A stretch of 64,000 nucleotides of DNA from Octopus sinensis. Lineage: Eukaryota. Position 1 is the stretch's first letter, and the number at the start of each line of letters is the position of its first letter. Where the stretch lies: NCBI RefSeq assembly GCF_006345805.1, contig NC_043005.1:92194001-92258000 (forward strand), read 5' to 3'. Positions 26,201 through 38,100 of the stretch are shown one piece after another. The position numbers were made by a program, and so were the translations under genes. Below the pieces are notes generated by a model. The model did no database searches and was not told the DNA's origin. It saw nothing but the letters and a program-made list of their open reading frames with translations.

Positions 26201-26780
26201 AGGGAGGTGGCTTGTGTGCCAGTTGGGGGGTTAAAGTATAATAAAGGGAGGAAAATAGGTGTCTTGCTATAGAGGAGATACTTGGCTACTCCAGATATAT
26301 CATTCAGCAGGTGGGACATGAATCTGTACTACCTGGCTGTAGTACAGTGCTTCCTGGTTATAGTAGAAGTGAGTAATTAGCTCAATCACAATATCGTTTG
26401 ATATTTCAGAATCTCACTTGATTCAACAGCTTTCTCTGCATTCATATTCTTAATGACCATTCAACCATGTAACCATCAACTTCAAAAGTGGGTCTCTCTG
26501 TTGGATCAAATGGAAGAATGGCATATGGAGAATGTCTTTCTCCCAAACATATTTCACATTCAGCAATCTCTTGATGTAACATTTCCAAGGCTCTTTCTTC
26601 TCGATGTCTGTCGGAGTATAAGGAGAGCACTGTCATTCCAAACATATTACTTCCTAACTATATCTTGTCATTCACACAAACACTGTTTTTGCAATTCAGG
26701 TTTATAAAATTAACTCTTTTTCTAGGAAAGTGAAGCATAAAACTAATGGTGAAGATAATAATGGAATGGTTTCAGACTAA
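5580..26780 (+). CDS. SLC22: SLC22-family transporter, paralog 1 (5'-partial, spliced)
   Basis: Exons 5580-5754, 6710-6813, 7612-7766, 13071-13239, 18698-18916, 21372-21595, 24216-24397, 25761-25912 and 26726-26780 join with GT-AG sites and continuous phase into one ORF of about 477 aa. Motifs: [54 protein letters not shown]. Symbol is family level only. Confidence 0.93.
5773..6228 (-). mobile_element. RTE LINE 3'UTR copy with (ATG)n tail
   Basis: tttaacgtccgctttccatactagcatgggttggac..ggatgcccttcctaacgccaaccactcc matches the other RTE 3' ends. Confidence 0.85.
6710..6813 (+). CDS. SLC22: SLC22 paralog 1 exon (104 nt, TM2)
   Basis: cttttacag/GTATGT; [34 protein letters not shown](W). Confidence 0.92.
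7327..7538 (-). mobile_element. tRNA-derived SINE family B
   Basis: Reverse complement reads ..gagctggcagaaacgttagcatgcc..gaggtcgactttgc..tcatcctttcgggtcgataaattaagtaccag.., with a small internal deletion. An older copy lies at about 6305-6520. Confidence 0.85.
7612..7766 (+). CDS. SLC22: SLC22 paralog 1 exon (155 nt, TM3-4)
   Basis: ttctag/GTGAGT; [14 protein letters not shown]...[20 protein letters not shown]. Confidence 0.92.
8672..9862 (+). mobile_element. Tc1/mariner DNA transposon, degenerate transposase (DD37D/maT-like)
   Basis: 25-bp TIRs CAGGGTCTTGCAGATAAATTGAGAC and GTCTCAATTTATCTACAAGAGCCTG (23/25 match), TA on both sides. [21 protein letters not shown]; QDSAPCH...[13 protein letters not shown]; stops and frameshifts. 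Confidence 0.9.
13071..13239 (+). CDS. SLC22: SLC22 paralog 1 exon (169 nt, TM5-6)
   Basis: ttctatag/GTAAGT; [24 protein letters not shown]...[21 protein letters not shown]. Confidence 0.92.
15622..15858 (-). mobile_element. tRNA-derived SINE family B, young full-length copy
   Basis: Very similar by eye to the 50918-51140 copy; B-box-like gttctgagttcaaattcc on the minus strand. Confidence 0.88.
15876..18372 (-). mobile_element. Ty3/Gypsy (Mag-like) LTR retrotransposon 3' part: RT C-terminus, RNase H, integrase, PPT, candidate 3' LTR
   Basis: [19 protein letters not shown]; [13 protein letters not shown]; [11 protein letters not shown]; HVDFAGP..VVDSFTK; [13 protein letters not shown]. Purine tract at 16193-16208 (minus) is followed by TG at 16192; candidate LTR about 15876-16192. 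Many disruptions. Confidence 0.88.
18698..18916 (+). CDS. SLC22: SLC22 paralog 1 exon (cytoplasmic loop)
   Basis: ttttcaag/GTAAGT; [30 protein letters not shown]...YRAFNMFFN(W). Confidence 0.93.
20935..21330 (-). mobile_element. Older RTE LINE 3' fragment
   Basis: Minus strand [39 protein letters not shown] is homologous to the RTE C-terminus; 3'UTR and ATG tail present. Confidence 0.75.
21372..21595 (+). CDS. SLC22: SLC22 paralog 1 exon (224 nt, TM7-9)
   Basis: ctttcag/GTATGT; [13 protein letters not shown]...AVELAAY...[15 protein letters not shown]. Confidence 0.93.
21726..21929. mobile_element. pogo/Tigger-like MITE
   Basis: TA-CAGTAATTCCTCGACTATTGTGG ... CCACAATATGGCAAGGGATAACTG-TA, imperfect TIRs with TA TSD. 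Confidence 0.65.
22260..23362 (+). mobile_element. Ty3/Gypsy (Mag-like) gag plus protease fragment
   Basis: [19 protein letters not shown]; [20 protein letters not shown]; [14 protein letters not shown] zinc knuckle; KLQLDSGS protease motif; frameshifted. Confidence 0.82.
23363..23992 (+). mobile_element. R4/Dong-like non-LTR RT fragment
   Basis: [16 protein letters not shown]; [12 protein letters not shown]; [11 protein letters not shown]; EGGRGL. Confidence 0.75.
24216..24397 (+). CDS. SLC22: SLC22 paralog 1 exon (182 nt, TM10-11)
   Basis: tttcag/GTAAGA; [46 protein letters not shown]. Confidence 0.93.
25761..25912 (+). CDS. SLC22: SLC22 paralog 1 exon (152 nt, TM12)
   Basis: attacag/GTAAGT; [36 protein letters not shown]. 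Confidence 0.93.
26726..26780 (+). CDS. SLC22: SLC22 paralog 1 probable terminal coding exon
   Basis: ctttttctag acceptor in the required phase; (K)[17 protein letters not shown] then TAA. An AT-rich putative 3'UTR follows, with AATAAA at 27318 and 27453. Confidence 0.65.
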
Positions 26781-27689
26781 TCCATGAAACTCTTTTTGGA
26801 GGGTAAAGAAAACTTTTAATGAAAGATCAACTGATGTACGAATATATGCCGCAGAACCAGTATAGGTATCTGGCAGTCTTAAAGCACAAACTGTCCTGTC
26901 TGTGATTGAAATGTTCAATTTGTATTTGATACTTTGAAGAAACTTAGATGATTGCAACATTCGTACATGACAACATTACAACAAAAAAATAACAACAATA
27001 AGGAAATTTAAATAATTACAAACACTGAAAAATAGCACAACTGCAACGATGATTCTGACAATGATTTCTTTTGACTTGGAATAAGATCAGTTGTGAATGA
27101 TGAAGGATCCTCCTTTGCAGTTGAATGGACCTCACTGTATAACAGGTATTTGTTATCATCCTACCACAAGCATGCAATTCACAAACATACGGAAATCAAA
27201 GTTTACTTTTTTATCCTTTTCTTTTTATAAATCTTACAATAGACCCAATCTGGAAAATGGAAACTTAATAAAAAGAAAGAACATTGCCAAAATATGTGAA
27301 AATCCAAAATATATTTAAATAAAAATAAAAATATCAACAGAAAAAAAACAATGTCATATACAAGGTAATATTTTGCATAGTTCTTTTTACATGGCTTTTT
27401 GCAGTGTTTTTCTTTTTTGCACAAATGAATATGTGCTAAGAAAAATAATGCCAATAAAATAATGGCATTGAATTGGTTAAATCATTTAAGTAGTGGTGTA
27501 GAGAATGTCATATAAAAAAAAATCTTTATGAATTAAAATTTATTTCTTATTGTATCTGGAGAGAGTCATTTCCTTTTTGTGCCTTATAATGTAACACACT
27601 CACCGGTAAAATTTCCACATTTTCTTATTTTTATTTTCCTAAAATTTTCGTTGCATCTTGCAACCTTTTCAATAGTTTTGAGGCCCAAC

Positions 27690-28740
27690 ATTCAAAGATC
27701 ATGATTCACCACTTCGTCCCATGTCTTCCTGGGTCTACCTCTTCCACAGATTCCCTTCACAGTTAGAGATCGGCACTTCTTTACACAACTGCCTTCATCC
27801 ATACACATTACAGGACCATACCAATGCAGTCATCTCTCTTGCACATCACATCTGACGCCTCTTATACCCAAGTTTTCTTACATTCTGTCATACATGCACA
27901 CTGATATTGCACATCCAGTGAAGCATGCTAGCTTCATTTCTTACAAGCCTACACATGCCTTCAGTGGTCACAGACCATGTTTCACTGCCATGTAGCATAA
28001 CAATTCACACACAAACATCATACAAAATGCCTTTCAATCTGAGGGAGAGGCCCTTTGTTACCAACAGAAGTAGAAACTCTCCGAACTTTGCCCAGCCTAT
28101 TCTTATTCTTGCAGCTAGACTTTTGGAGCATCCACCTCCACTACTGACTTGGTCACCTAGGTAATGGAAGCTATCAACTATCTCTAGCTTACTTCACTGG
28201 CATTTGATGGAGTCTATTTTCTGTACATTTTTAGTGTTTACAGAACCTGTGCATCTTCCACACATAAAAACTATTTTCCAAGTTAAACTTCTGATATTGC
28301 TGCACTTCTTATGTGTCCATAGCTTGCACTCAGTACATCTTATAGAGTTTCTACAAATTGAGCAGGGTCATCTACCTGAAGAGATTTGTGATTTGTGATT
28401 TATCTACCTTCCTACTTACTAAGACTTTGGTTTATGCTAGGTTAACTTTAATGCTCATCAATTCTACACCTTGCATCTACACCTGAAATTTCTTCTCTAG
28501 TTCTTATAGTGATTCAGTTATAAGAACAAGGTCATCAGCAGAGAGGAGCTCCCAGGGGCAGCCTGTCTTAAATTCTCCTGTTATTACCTGGAGGACTATG
28601 ATGAACAAGTTGGGGCTGAGGACTGATCCTTGGTGAACACCTACTTGTACCCTGAATCCATTACTATACTCGTTGCCAAACCTCCCTTACTGACAACATG
28701 TCCCTGTATATGACTTGTACAGCTCTCACCAACCAGCTCC
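27690..28740 (-). mobile_element. Diverged RTE LINE fragment (RT C-terminus, Cys-rich insert)
   Basis: Colinear with 60560-61600 by eye (ccagg ggcagcc..agaggagctccc, catctacctgaag, cacttcgtccc); many stops. Confidence 0.8.
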
Positions 28741-29664
28741 TTTCAATTCACTTCAGGGTAAGGGTAGTGCAAATGCATGTGATATTTTGAGGTTTATCAA
28801 CTTTTGGTTAAGTCACCAATTTTGTTGTGAAGAGAATAATAGAAAGAAAGTCCAGTATGAAAGAAATCTTTGACAACTCTGTGTAACATTAAAAATAGCT
28901 GTTTCAGAATATTATATAACATGAGTTTCTTCTGAATACCTACCAATTCTGGTGTATGAGCATGCTTAGTCATGTGTATGCAAGATCTAGAGTGAAACTG
29001 TCGGCAGGATAAGTATGAGTCAAAATGTGTTATGTGCTTGTGACAACAGTAAGGGGACTGATCATAATATTTGCATATGGTAAATAGACTAACTAGTCCA
29101 AGAGTACTTGGAAGCACTTTTGTGGTCACTGGCAATGAATGCTACTGATGTTGTTCATACTTGATGCGTTGTGGGCAGCTTGCCCCCGAGCCAGTTGGCT
29201 AAGGGTTCAAATATAGTCTTCTCTGTTGATGTGTTTCAGTTGAAAACTAGAATGCAAGTATCAAATAACTTCTCATTATTTCTTTACATTTTAGAAGCTA
29301 AGAGAATGAATTCCAGTTAATAAAGTGGTGAAAGTAATATTGATACATCTGATTAGAAAATACAAGATAAAATAACATTCTTGCTTGTGAAGTAGAAAAA
29401 ATATCAATACAACAAATACAAGCTGATAATGAGACCAAGGTTTATGGGAAGTAGATCAAGAATTTGGAGTTTTAATATTGATTCTGTTACACTTGCCATC
29501 CTTATTCATAGCTTCATCCCAGTGCCTATCTGCAGCAGGATGTCTGAGCTTAATCAAACTCCTAGTCTTTTAACATGACAACCAGATTGAGCCCAGTGCT
29601 CAACTGGTACTTATTTTGTCAACCCTGAAATGATGAAAGGCAAGTCGACCCCAGCAGCACCACT

Positions 29665-30255
29665 AAAAGAGACACAATAATGTGGTTTGTTCACTGGAGA
29701 CTGTTTGAAAAGTACAGTCTGGGCAGAACACCAAAATGATACAAGCATAAACCAGAGGGCATCACTAAGAACAATAACTATGAGACCCTGTGGGATTTTA
29801 AAATCCAGTGTGAGTCCCTAATTGATGTTTGGTGACCAGACATTGTTATGGTAGATAAAAGAAAAAAGGAAATGAAGATCATAGATATTGCCATATCTGA
29901 GGATGCACATGTAGATGATAAAGAGCTGGAAAAGATGGAGAAATACAGACTACTAAAAGACGAAACTGCAAGAATGTGGGTAATGAGGAGAGTAACTATT
30001 ATCCCAGTTGTTGTAGGGGCAGTGGGAGTACTAACAACCATGTTCGAGAAATATGTCAGAGAAATTAGGGACAGCTAGGATTTTGAGATTAGTGCTTAGG
30101 TGTTGAGAGTCTTCCATGATAAGTTAACATCCAAGTACCAAAGCTTATAATTAGCAGAAAGAGACTCTGTGTGACGTCTGACAACAGGTTGCTGTCTGCT
30201 TTCACAGAATCACCCAGAGCAAGTAAGACTGAGAGCTCTGAGAAGTACAGTAATG
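29665..30255 (+). mobile_element. R4/Dong-like LINE 3' end (restriction-like endonuclease, 3'UTR, (TAA)n tail)
   Basis: LWDFKIQ..PDIVMVDK..IIDIAIS..KELEKMEKY..IIPVVVGAVG; 3'UTR shared with the 44095-44935 copy. Confidence 0.82.
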
Positions 30256-30468
30256 ATAATAATTCTTTCTGCTATTGGTACAAGACCTGAAATTTTAGGG
30301 GTAGAGGCTAGTTGGTTACATTGATCACAGTGACATACTGTCATGAACCTATATGGATGAAATGCAAAGCTGATCTCAGCAGAATTTGAACACAGAATGT
30401 AAAGATGGACAAAATGCCGCAAAGTATCTTGTTTGGCATACTAATGATTCTGCCAGGTTACTGCCTTA

Positions 30469-30728
<260 letters not shown>

Positions 30729-31104
30729 GTTTCAAATTTTTGCAGTGGAATTTGAACTCAGAATGTACAGACAGGCAAAATGTCATTAAGCATTATGTCT
30801 GGCATGTCTGGCATGCTACCGATTCTGCCAACCTACTGTCTTACTGCCATGTTATAATGGTTTCAAATTTTGGCAGAAGACCAACATTTTTGGTAAGGGG
30901 ATAAGTCAATTACATTGACTCCAGTCCTCAACTGGGACTTATTTTGTCAACCCTGAAAGAAAGAGAGGCAAAGCTGACCTTGGCAGAATTTGAACTCAGA
31001 ATGTAAAGACAGATGATTCTCCCAAGACAACAAAATCTAAACTGATGAAATGCCACTAAGTATTTTGTCTGGCATGTTAATGATTCCACCACTACCTTAC
31101 TTCT

Positions 31105-31355
31105 TTCTTTGCACCCTTTTAAAGCCTAGCCAGGCTCATGGGTTCAGTTTCCCGTTTTTATGGTGTATGTGTTCCCCAGCTGGACGGGACGCCAGTCCAT
31201 TGCAGCGTTACTCATTTTTGCCAGCTGAGTGGACTGGAGCAACGTGAAATGAAGTGTTTTGCTCAAGAACACAACGCGTCGCCCGGTCCAGGAATCGAAA
31301 CCACAATCTTACGATCATGATACTAACACCCTAACCACTAAGCCACATGCCTCCA
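31105..31355 (-). mobile_element. tRNA-derived SINE family C
   Basis: Reverse complement head gtggaggcatgtggcttagtggttagggtgt..ggtttcgattcc (A and B boxes), then gtgttcttgagcaaaacact. Second copy at 57468-57735 (+). Confidence 0.82.
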
Positions 31356-32026
31356 CACTACCTTACTACCATGTCATAATAATAATAATTGTTTCTAACA
31401 TGGACACAAAGCCTAAAATTAAAGGAAGCAGGTTAGTCAATTATATTAACTTTAGCATGAAAATGGTTCTTTATTTTATCAATGCCTGAGAGATGACAGG
31501 TTAAGTTGATCTCATTGGGATTTGAACTTAGAACATAAAGAACTGCAACAATTACTGCAAAGCATTTTAGCCCAGTGTTCTAACAATACTGCCAATCAAG
31601 CAATAAAAAGGGTAAATGATAATTAAATTAATGATTTCAATTTTTGGCACAAGGCCAGCAATTTCAGGGAAGGGGATAAGTCAATTACATCAGCCCCAGT
31701 ATTCTACTGGTACTTATTTTATCAGCCTCAAAAAGGATGAAAGGCAAAGGTAACCTCAGCAGATTTGAAATCAGAATGTACAGACAGATGAAATGCCACT
31801 AAGCATTTTGTCCAGTGTTCTAATGAGTCTGCCAACTTGCCAATTTAAAGATTAAATTAATAATAACAGTTTAATTAAAACTTACCTATAGTAATTTTAA
31901 TACAGTTGGTTGGCATTACATGATGATAAGCTGTTTAAGTGTTAGATAAAATAAGTTTATCAAGTAATAGTTGAAAAACAAACAAAACTGTTAAATTTAT
32001 TATTTTTTCTCAAATTATAAAAACTA

Positions 32027-32169
32027 ATGGATAGTGAAGTAGTCATTTCAAGTATTGGTGGGTTTGGACGCTACCAAAAGATCCAGCTTGCTATATTCAG
32101 TGTTCCTTGGATTGGCGGGGGACTTCAACTTGCCCTTGCTATCTTTATATTAAGAGTCCCAGCATTCAG
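32027..32169 (+). CDS. SLC22: SLC22 paralog 2 exon 1 (start codon, TM1)
   Basis: ATG at 32027; MDSEVVISSIGGFGRYQKIQLAIFSVPWIGGGLQLALAIFILRVPAF(R); donor GTAACA. Confidence 0.9.
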
Positions 32170-35066
32170 GTAACACATTTTTTTCCTTTTTCTTTGTTTT
32201 TAATTTCCAGGCTTATAAGCATATCAGGTGTGTGTATCATAACAAAGGAATGTTGTAAATAATTGAAAGACAAAGCAATGCTTCAGGTAAGACCTTTTTT
32301 TTCTTTTTGTGACATACTAATGTATTATTACTTTTGTTGTTGTTGTTGTTATTGTATGGAGATTAGTTTGCTTTATTTTTCGTTTTTTATTTTTATTTTT
32401 ACTTAAAGTAGATGAAACAAATAGCTTTCTTATTGTTAAAAACTATGTACTTTTATGTGCATACTGAAAGCTAAAAGGGCACACATTTCACCAGCAATTT
32501 TGTGGGGTGGTGGGGTTGTTAAATAATGAATTTATTTAAAGTAATTTAAGAGAGGTCACTGTGAAGGCTGCTTTTGTTGTTTAGTCCCAGTTTAGCTGCT
32601 ACTTCTAACATGAACAGCAACCACTTAATAGCTTGCTCGCTGGTTAAAAAAATGTTATTCTTTCACAAAATGAAAATAAACTGCTTAATACTTTTGATAG
32701 GCTAACAATTGCTAGAATTGTTCAAAATTAATCTGATCAAGGTTAAAAATATAACAAATTTATCTTTGTTCATAATATAAATTATGTCAAATCAAGTGTA
32801 TCAAACAGTACTTTGGATTCTATTGTCTCACTTTTCCACTTTGACACTTATTTAAAAATCATACACTTTTCCTTCATTTTTTCTGTCATTTGATATTTAA
32901 CATTTTTATTATTGTCCATTAAATAACCATTCATTACTGTAACTTATGTTGACTAATATATTTCTTTATTTTTATATATGTTTCTTTATATTCATGTTGA
33001 CTATTAGCAATTATTTCAGTCTTGACTAATGGCAACCATTAGAATTTTGCATATTTACAGCTATTACAAGTCAAGCCCAATCTATAATACAATTAGAGAT
33101 TTTTAATTAATGACCCCTCATAAACTCACAGTTGATACATCTCTTTTCTGCGGAGAGACAGGTAGTCACTCTCCCTTATCTATTTTTTTCCTCTTTTTGT
33201 TTTGTGTCATTACACCATAAAACCAATAAGTATTGTTAGATTTAGATATAACAGGCTTCCAGAAGGATTTTGTCTACCAAGTTCCACACAGAAAGTATTT
33301 GTCAACCTGGGCTTACGGCAGAGTATGCTTATCCAAAGTATCCTGCAGACGGATTGACTTCAGATCCTCTTAGTTGCAAAGTGAGGTTCTTAACTACACA
33401 ACTGTGCTTGGATGCTTGACCAGTTTCATGTACCAGTATGTTGATCGCCTTTGATTGTCATTTCTAGTGTCAGATTCTGCTTACGCAAAAGCAGAAACTC
33501 TTATGGAATCTATAACCAGGTATTTCATATACTCACCTGTCTCTGTTTAGTGGAGTATTTTCAAATTTTCAAATCCACAACTTTTGCTTACTCTTGGTTT
33601 TTACTTAGAAGAGGAAAATCCAACACCTTATAAACATGGGATTATTTTGCCTTGCTACAAACTGTTCCCCAAGTTTTCTTTTTAATGCATTGAGTCAGTG
33701 AGACCGTTTAAGCTTATTCTCACCAAAGCAAAATTGTGTTATCTCCATTCATAACAAGTAGGAAATAGATACTTCAAGTTCTGTTGTGTTTGGGGAAAGT
33801 GTGTGTGTGAGACAGGCTTCTTTCAGTTTCTGTTTACTAAATTCACTCACAAACCTTTGGTTGGCCTGAGGCTATATTAGAAGCTCTTACTCCAGGTGCT
33901 GTGCAATGGGACAATAATATTATTACTTGAGGAAAACATTTCTGTTCTTTGAGCGATTGTCTAAATAACTCATAATTGAGAGGCATGTTCAGTGGAGACT
34001 CCTTATATGTTTTGACAACAAATAAAGAAGAGGAAATTATGAGAAGCATGAAGTATCTTTCGCTTTTGGATTTGGTTTGCAAGATTCTTTATATGAATTT
34101 GTGTGTTGAAGCATATTTTGTGGTGTCTGGGGAGAGTCATTTTCTTTTTGTGCCTTATAATATAACACACTCACCGGTAAAACTTCCACTTGTTTCCTTC
34201 TTTATTTTCCTAAAATTTTCGAAAATTTTAGAAAAATAAAGAAGGAAACAAGTGGAAGTTTTACCGGTGAGTGTGTTATATTATAAGGCACAAAAAGAAA
34301 ATGACTCTCCCCAGACACCACAAAATATGCTTCAACACACAAATTCATATAAAGAATCTTGCAAACCAAATCCAAAAGCGAAAGATACTTCATGCTTCTC
34401 ATAATTTCCTCTTCTTTATTTGTTGTCAAAACATATAAGGAGTCTCCACTGAACATGCCTCTCAATTATGAGTTATTTAGACAATCGCTCAAAGAACAGA
34501 AATGTTTTCCTCAAGTAATAATATTATTGTCCCATTGCACAGCACCTGGAGTAAGAGCTTCTAATATAGCCTCAGGCCAACCAAAGGTTTGTGAGTGAAT
34601 TTAGTAAACAGAAACTGAAAGAAGCCTGTCTCACACACACACACACACACACACACATGACAGGCTTCTTTCAGTTTCTGTCTACCAAATCCACTCTCAA
34701 TTCTTTGGTTTACCCAAAGCTATAGTAGAAGGCACTTGTCCAACGTTCCACACATGCAGTTGGGGAGCAAGCTTCTTACCACACAGCTACACATGTGCCG
34801 ATGTGTAAATGTGTGTGCGTACATATATATATATATATTAATAGTAATGCATACATATTTATATGTATGTATATATGTGTGTATATGTGTGCATGCATAT
34901 AAATATGGTGTGGCTGTGAGGTAAGAAGCTTGCTTCCCAACGACATGGTTCTGGGTTCAGTCCCACTGTGTGGCACCTTGGGCAAGTGTTTTCTAGTATA
35001 GTCTCAGGCTGATCAAAGCCCCATGAGTGGATTTGGTTGATGGATACTGAAAGAAGTCCATCGTGT

Positions 35067-35115
<49 letters not shown>

Positions 35116-38100
35116 CATGTGTGCCCTTTTCTTATCTTTCCTTGTGGAATATCTAATCTTCTAGTAACTACTACCCCTCCTGCATAGATCAATATTTTTA
35201 GTATCTATCTGACTAATAACAGAATCTACTTTCCTAGTCATATCTAGCAACTTCCTTCTGTTGGTACCTTTTAATATTGGCAATCTTCTTCTTACTTCTT
35301 TACTCATTACTTCCTGCAACTTATCTAAAATCTTCTGATCTTCCTCACTTAAATCACTTAAATTGCTGGTGCAAGTTCTCCCTTCCTTATTAGTAGTGCT
35401 ATTATTATTTTTTCCATTAGCTTCCTCTTTGGTTTGAGCTGTATCTCTTATGCTGTTGTTTGTTTTTCCTACTGCCTGGTCTTTCTTTTCCAATTCTCTT
35501 GTGATTTGTTCTACCCCCAATGATGTCATCCACTTTCTTCTCCTAATAGCATTAGCTTGATCTACTAGTCTATGCTCAGTCACCTTAAACATACCTTTCT
35601 CTATCCAATGTGTTAGCATCTGTTTTCTATAGTCCCTTCTTTTAGGTTCACTTTCTAAGTAGCACTGCATCACTCTCCTGTTTTCTTTGCTGGTCCACTT
35701 CCTCCTTCATACTCTATTATCTGCTTAGGATAACAGCTGTGGTCAGTGTACATCTTTACTGAACCATTGCTAAGCAAGAGCCCTTCACTCTTAAAGATCC
35801 AACCTCATTTTCGTGGTTACAACCAATCTCTACGTAAACTCCTGTCTCTCATAAACTGACGTAACATAACGTCCATCGCCATCATCATCACTACTATTAT
35901 TTTTCGACATCTCATAGTTTCATGAAACTTTCTATTGCATCACTTGCTGCACAGTTGTGCTGGTGCTGTGTGTTTCATTTTCGTTTTTCTTTGGGAAATA
36001 TTGGATTGCATCAGTATGTTTTGTTATGGGGTTTGGTTTGAGTCTCCTGTTGTATTAGTTTTTGTATTATGTTGTTTGAGCAGAGCAAATTGTGTTCTGT
36101 AAGGTATCAGAATTCTATGGCACCTGTGGGCATTGTTCATCTTATTGGGTATTATCCCAGGAGATTACATCAGGGTAGGAGAGTGTGCGCCTCTGATATC
36201 GCGAGCAGATGGCTTCCAGAGGAGAAGAGTAGAAATTACTTCGTTTTCAGCTCTACAACAATGTCCAGCAAACTGGACTCTTCTACCTTTCACAAGATAT
36301 GATACAGGTGGTAATTTCCCATATATTTGGACCTCTGTAATGCTATGATGGACCATGAGGTCTGGCGTAACATAGTAAATTCCATTGTCTCGATCACGAT
36401 CGAACAATGATGAATGATGATGATGATTGGGTATTCACTGTGTGAGTTGTGTAAATCATAAATCGATCATTTCATAGTATTCATGGTTATTTGTCCATCA
36501 TTCTTTTTGTTTGTTTATTGGATTTGTTATGGGTCCATCTTTACTTTTTGCCAGAACACTGCCCATAGACATTTGTTGATGCTTCTTTCGTATTTATAAT
36601 TATTATTGAGGTATAAGCGCAAAACCAAGAAGAAACAGCAATGTGTTGATATGGATAGATATGGATGCATTGTTTGTATAGATGTATTGCAGTCCTTTTG
36701 TTTTTCCTGTATCTTCACTTCTTGGTGTTTTCCAGGAGTTGTTTTGTTGTCAATTATTGATGTTGTTTTTATTGTCTTTTGTGTTGAAGGGTTTTTTTTC
36801 CCAGGTTTTGGTAGTGGTTGTTGTTGCTGGTCTTGTTTTTTGGCAGCAGTTGGACAATCATTTTTCCGATGTGTCTCACTGTTGCGCAAATAACACCATG
36901 GCCTCCTGCCCTCCACCACTACATACAAATTGTGTCCTTATGCTAATTAAATATTTGTGGGTAATTTAGTGATCGATTCTTGATCGATTTGTAAGAGAAT
37001 TTATAGCTTTTTACCCGTCGAGTTTTGCTGTTCAAGGACAGCAATTTCTAAAATATTAGCTTCCTCCATTTCGAAGCAGATGGCAAATAACAACCATTGC
37101 ATCTCTACCTCTGGAGTCACATTCTTTATTGTCACCTTCGTTACTCTTTGCCCAAGATAACTGGGTATCATTATCAACTGGTCTGTACGAAGAGTGAGTG
37201 TCGAAAATTGTTTTGCTAATTTTTCGCTGTAGAAACGAACTTGAACAATGGCAAATTTATACCACCAATTGATGTATTCTTTATGTGTCCATACAGGGCA
37301 AAGGCATTTTTCAATTTTTTCCTGTGCTGCGTTTTCGAGGTTATTTTTGTTTCTGTACTCAATATTTTGTCGATGATGGGTTTTTTTGTGTATGTTCTAA
37401 TATGTTCTGAGGGATGTGTAAATGTAAATTTTCGCCTTCTTTGTGGAGTAGTGTTTTTGTTTCTTTGATCTGTTGTGCAGTGAAAGATACAATTGTTCTC
37501 TTTTGTTTAATTGCTTCGGTGAAATTTGTTTTGGTGGTGGTGGTGGTGGTGGTGGTGGTGGTGGTGGTAGTGTTGGTGGCAGAGGTGTCAGTTGTAGTAG
37601 TGGTGTTGTTGTTGGCGGTTATGGTGGCTGGCATAGTGACGATATCATTGTTGTTGGTGGTGGTAGCAGTGGTAGTCTTGGTGGTGGTGGTGGTGGTGTT
37701 GGTGACGACAGGGCTGTTAACGATCGTAGCTGCAGCGTTCACTTCTACGTCACTCAGGTTTGCCTTTGATTTCTTAATATTTTTCATATCTGTACTTGTA
37801 TGTGCACGTGCAGAAGTTTTTTTTTCTCCTAGCGTTTCAAGGCTAGGGAAATGCTGGTCCATGAACGAAGTTGACCAGTATCTTTTCCTTGTATATGATG
37901 ATGAGGTGCACTTTGAAGGAGATTTGTCTGTATTTTTCATATATTTTCTTTCCTGTTTATGAGTGCCTATTCACTAAAAGATCAAGAAAAGTTGAGTGGA
38001 GTCATTCTACTTCACCATTACAATACAATTTTGGATATATCAGTAATACAGTGATTGCTTTACTTATTTTTTTCGTGAACTCTTTTACAAAGTTGTACTC

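Noticed and set aside
31300-31355. tRNA-like sequences with A/B boxes (also about 57470 and the SINE-A/B heads)
   Set aside because: Each continues into a SINE body and lacks a complete cloverleaf; they are SINE heads, not tRNA genes
33843-34598. Two pairs of identical 79-87 aa ORFs suggesting a duplicated gene
   Set aside because: They are mirror images created by the palindrome; no recognisable protein and no splice context
37414-37962. Val-rich 182-aa ORF that looks like a membrane protein
   Set aside because: It is the antisense reading of the (ACC/ACA)n Thr-rich stretch of a TE ORF1-like region
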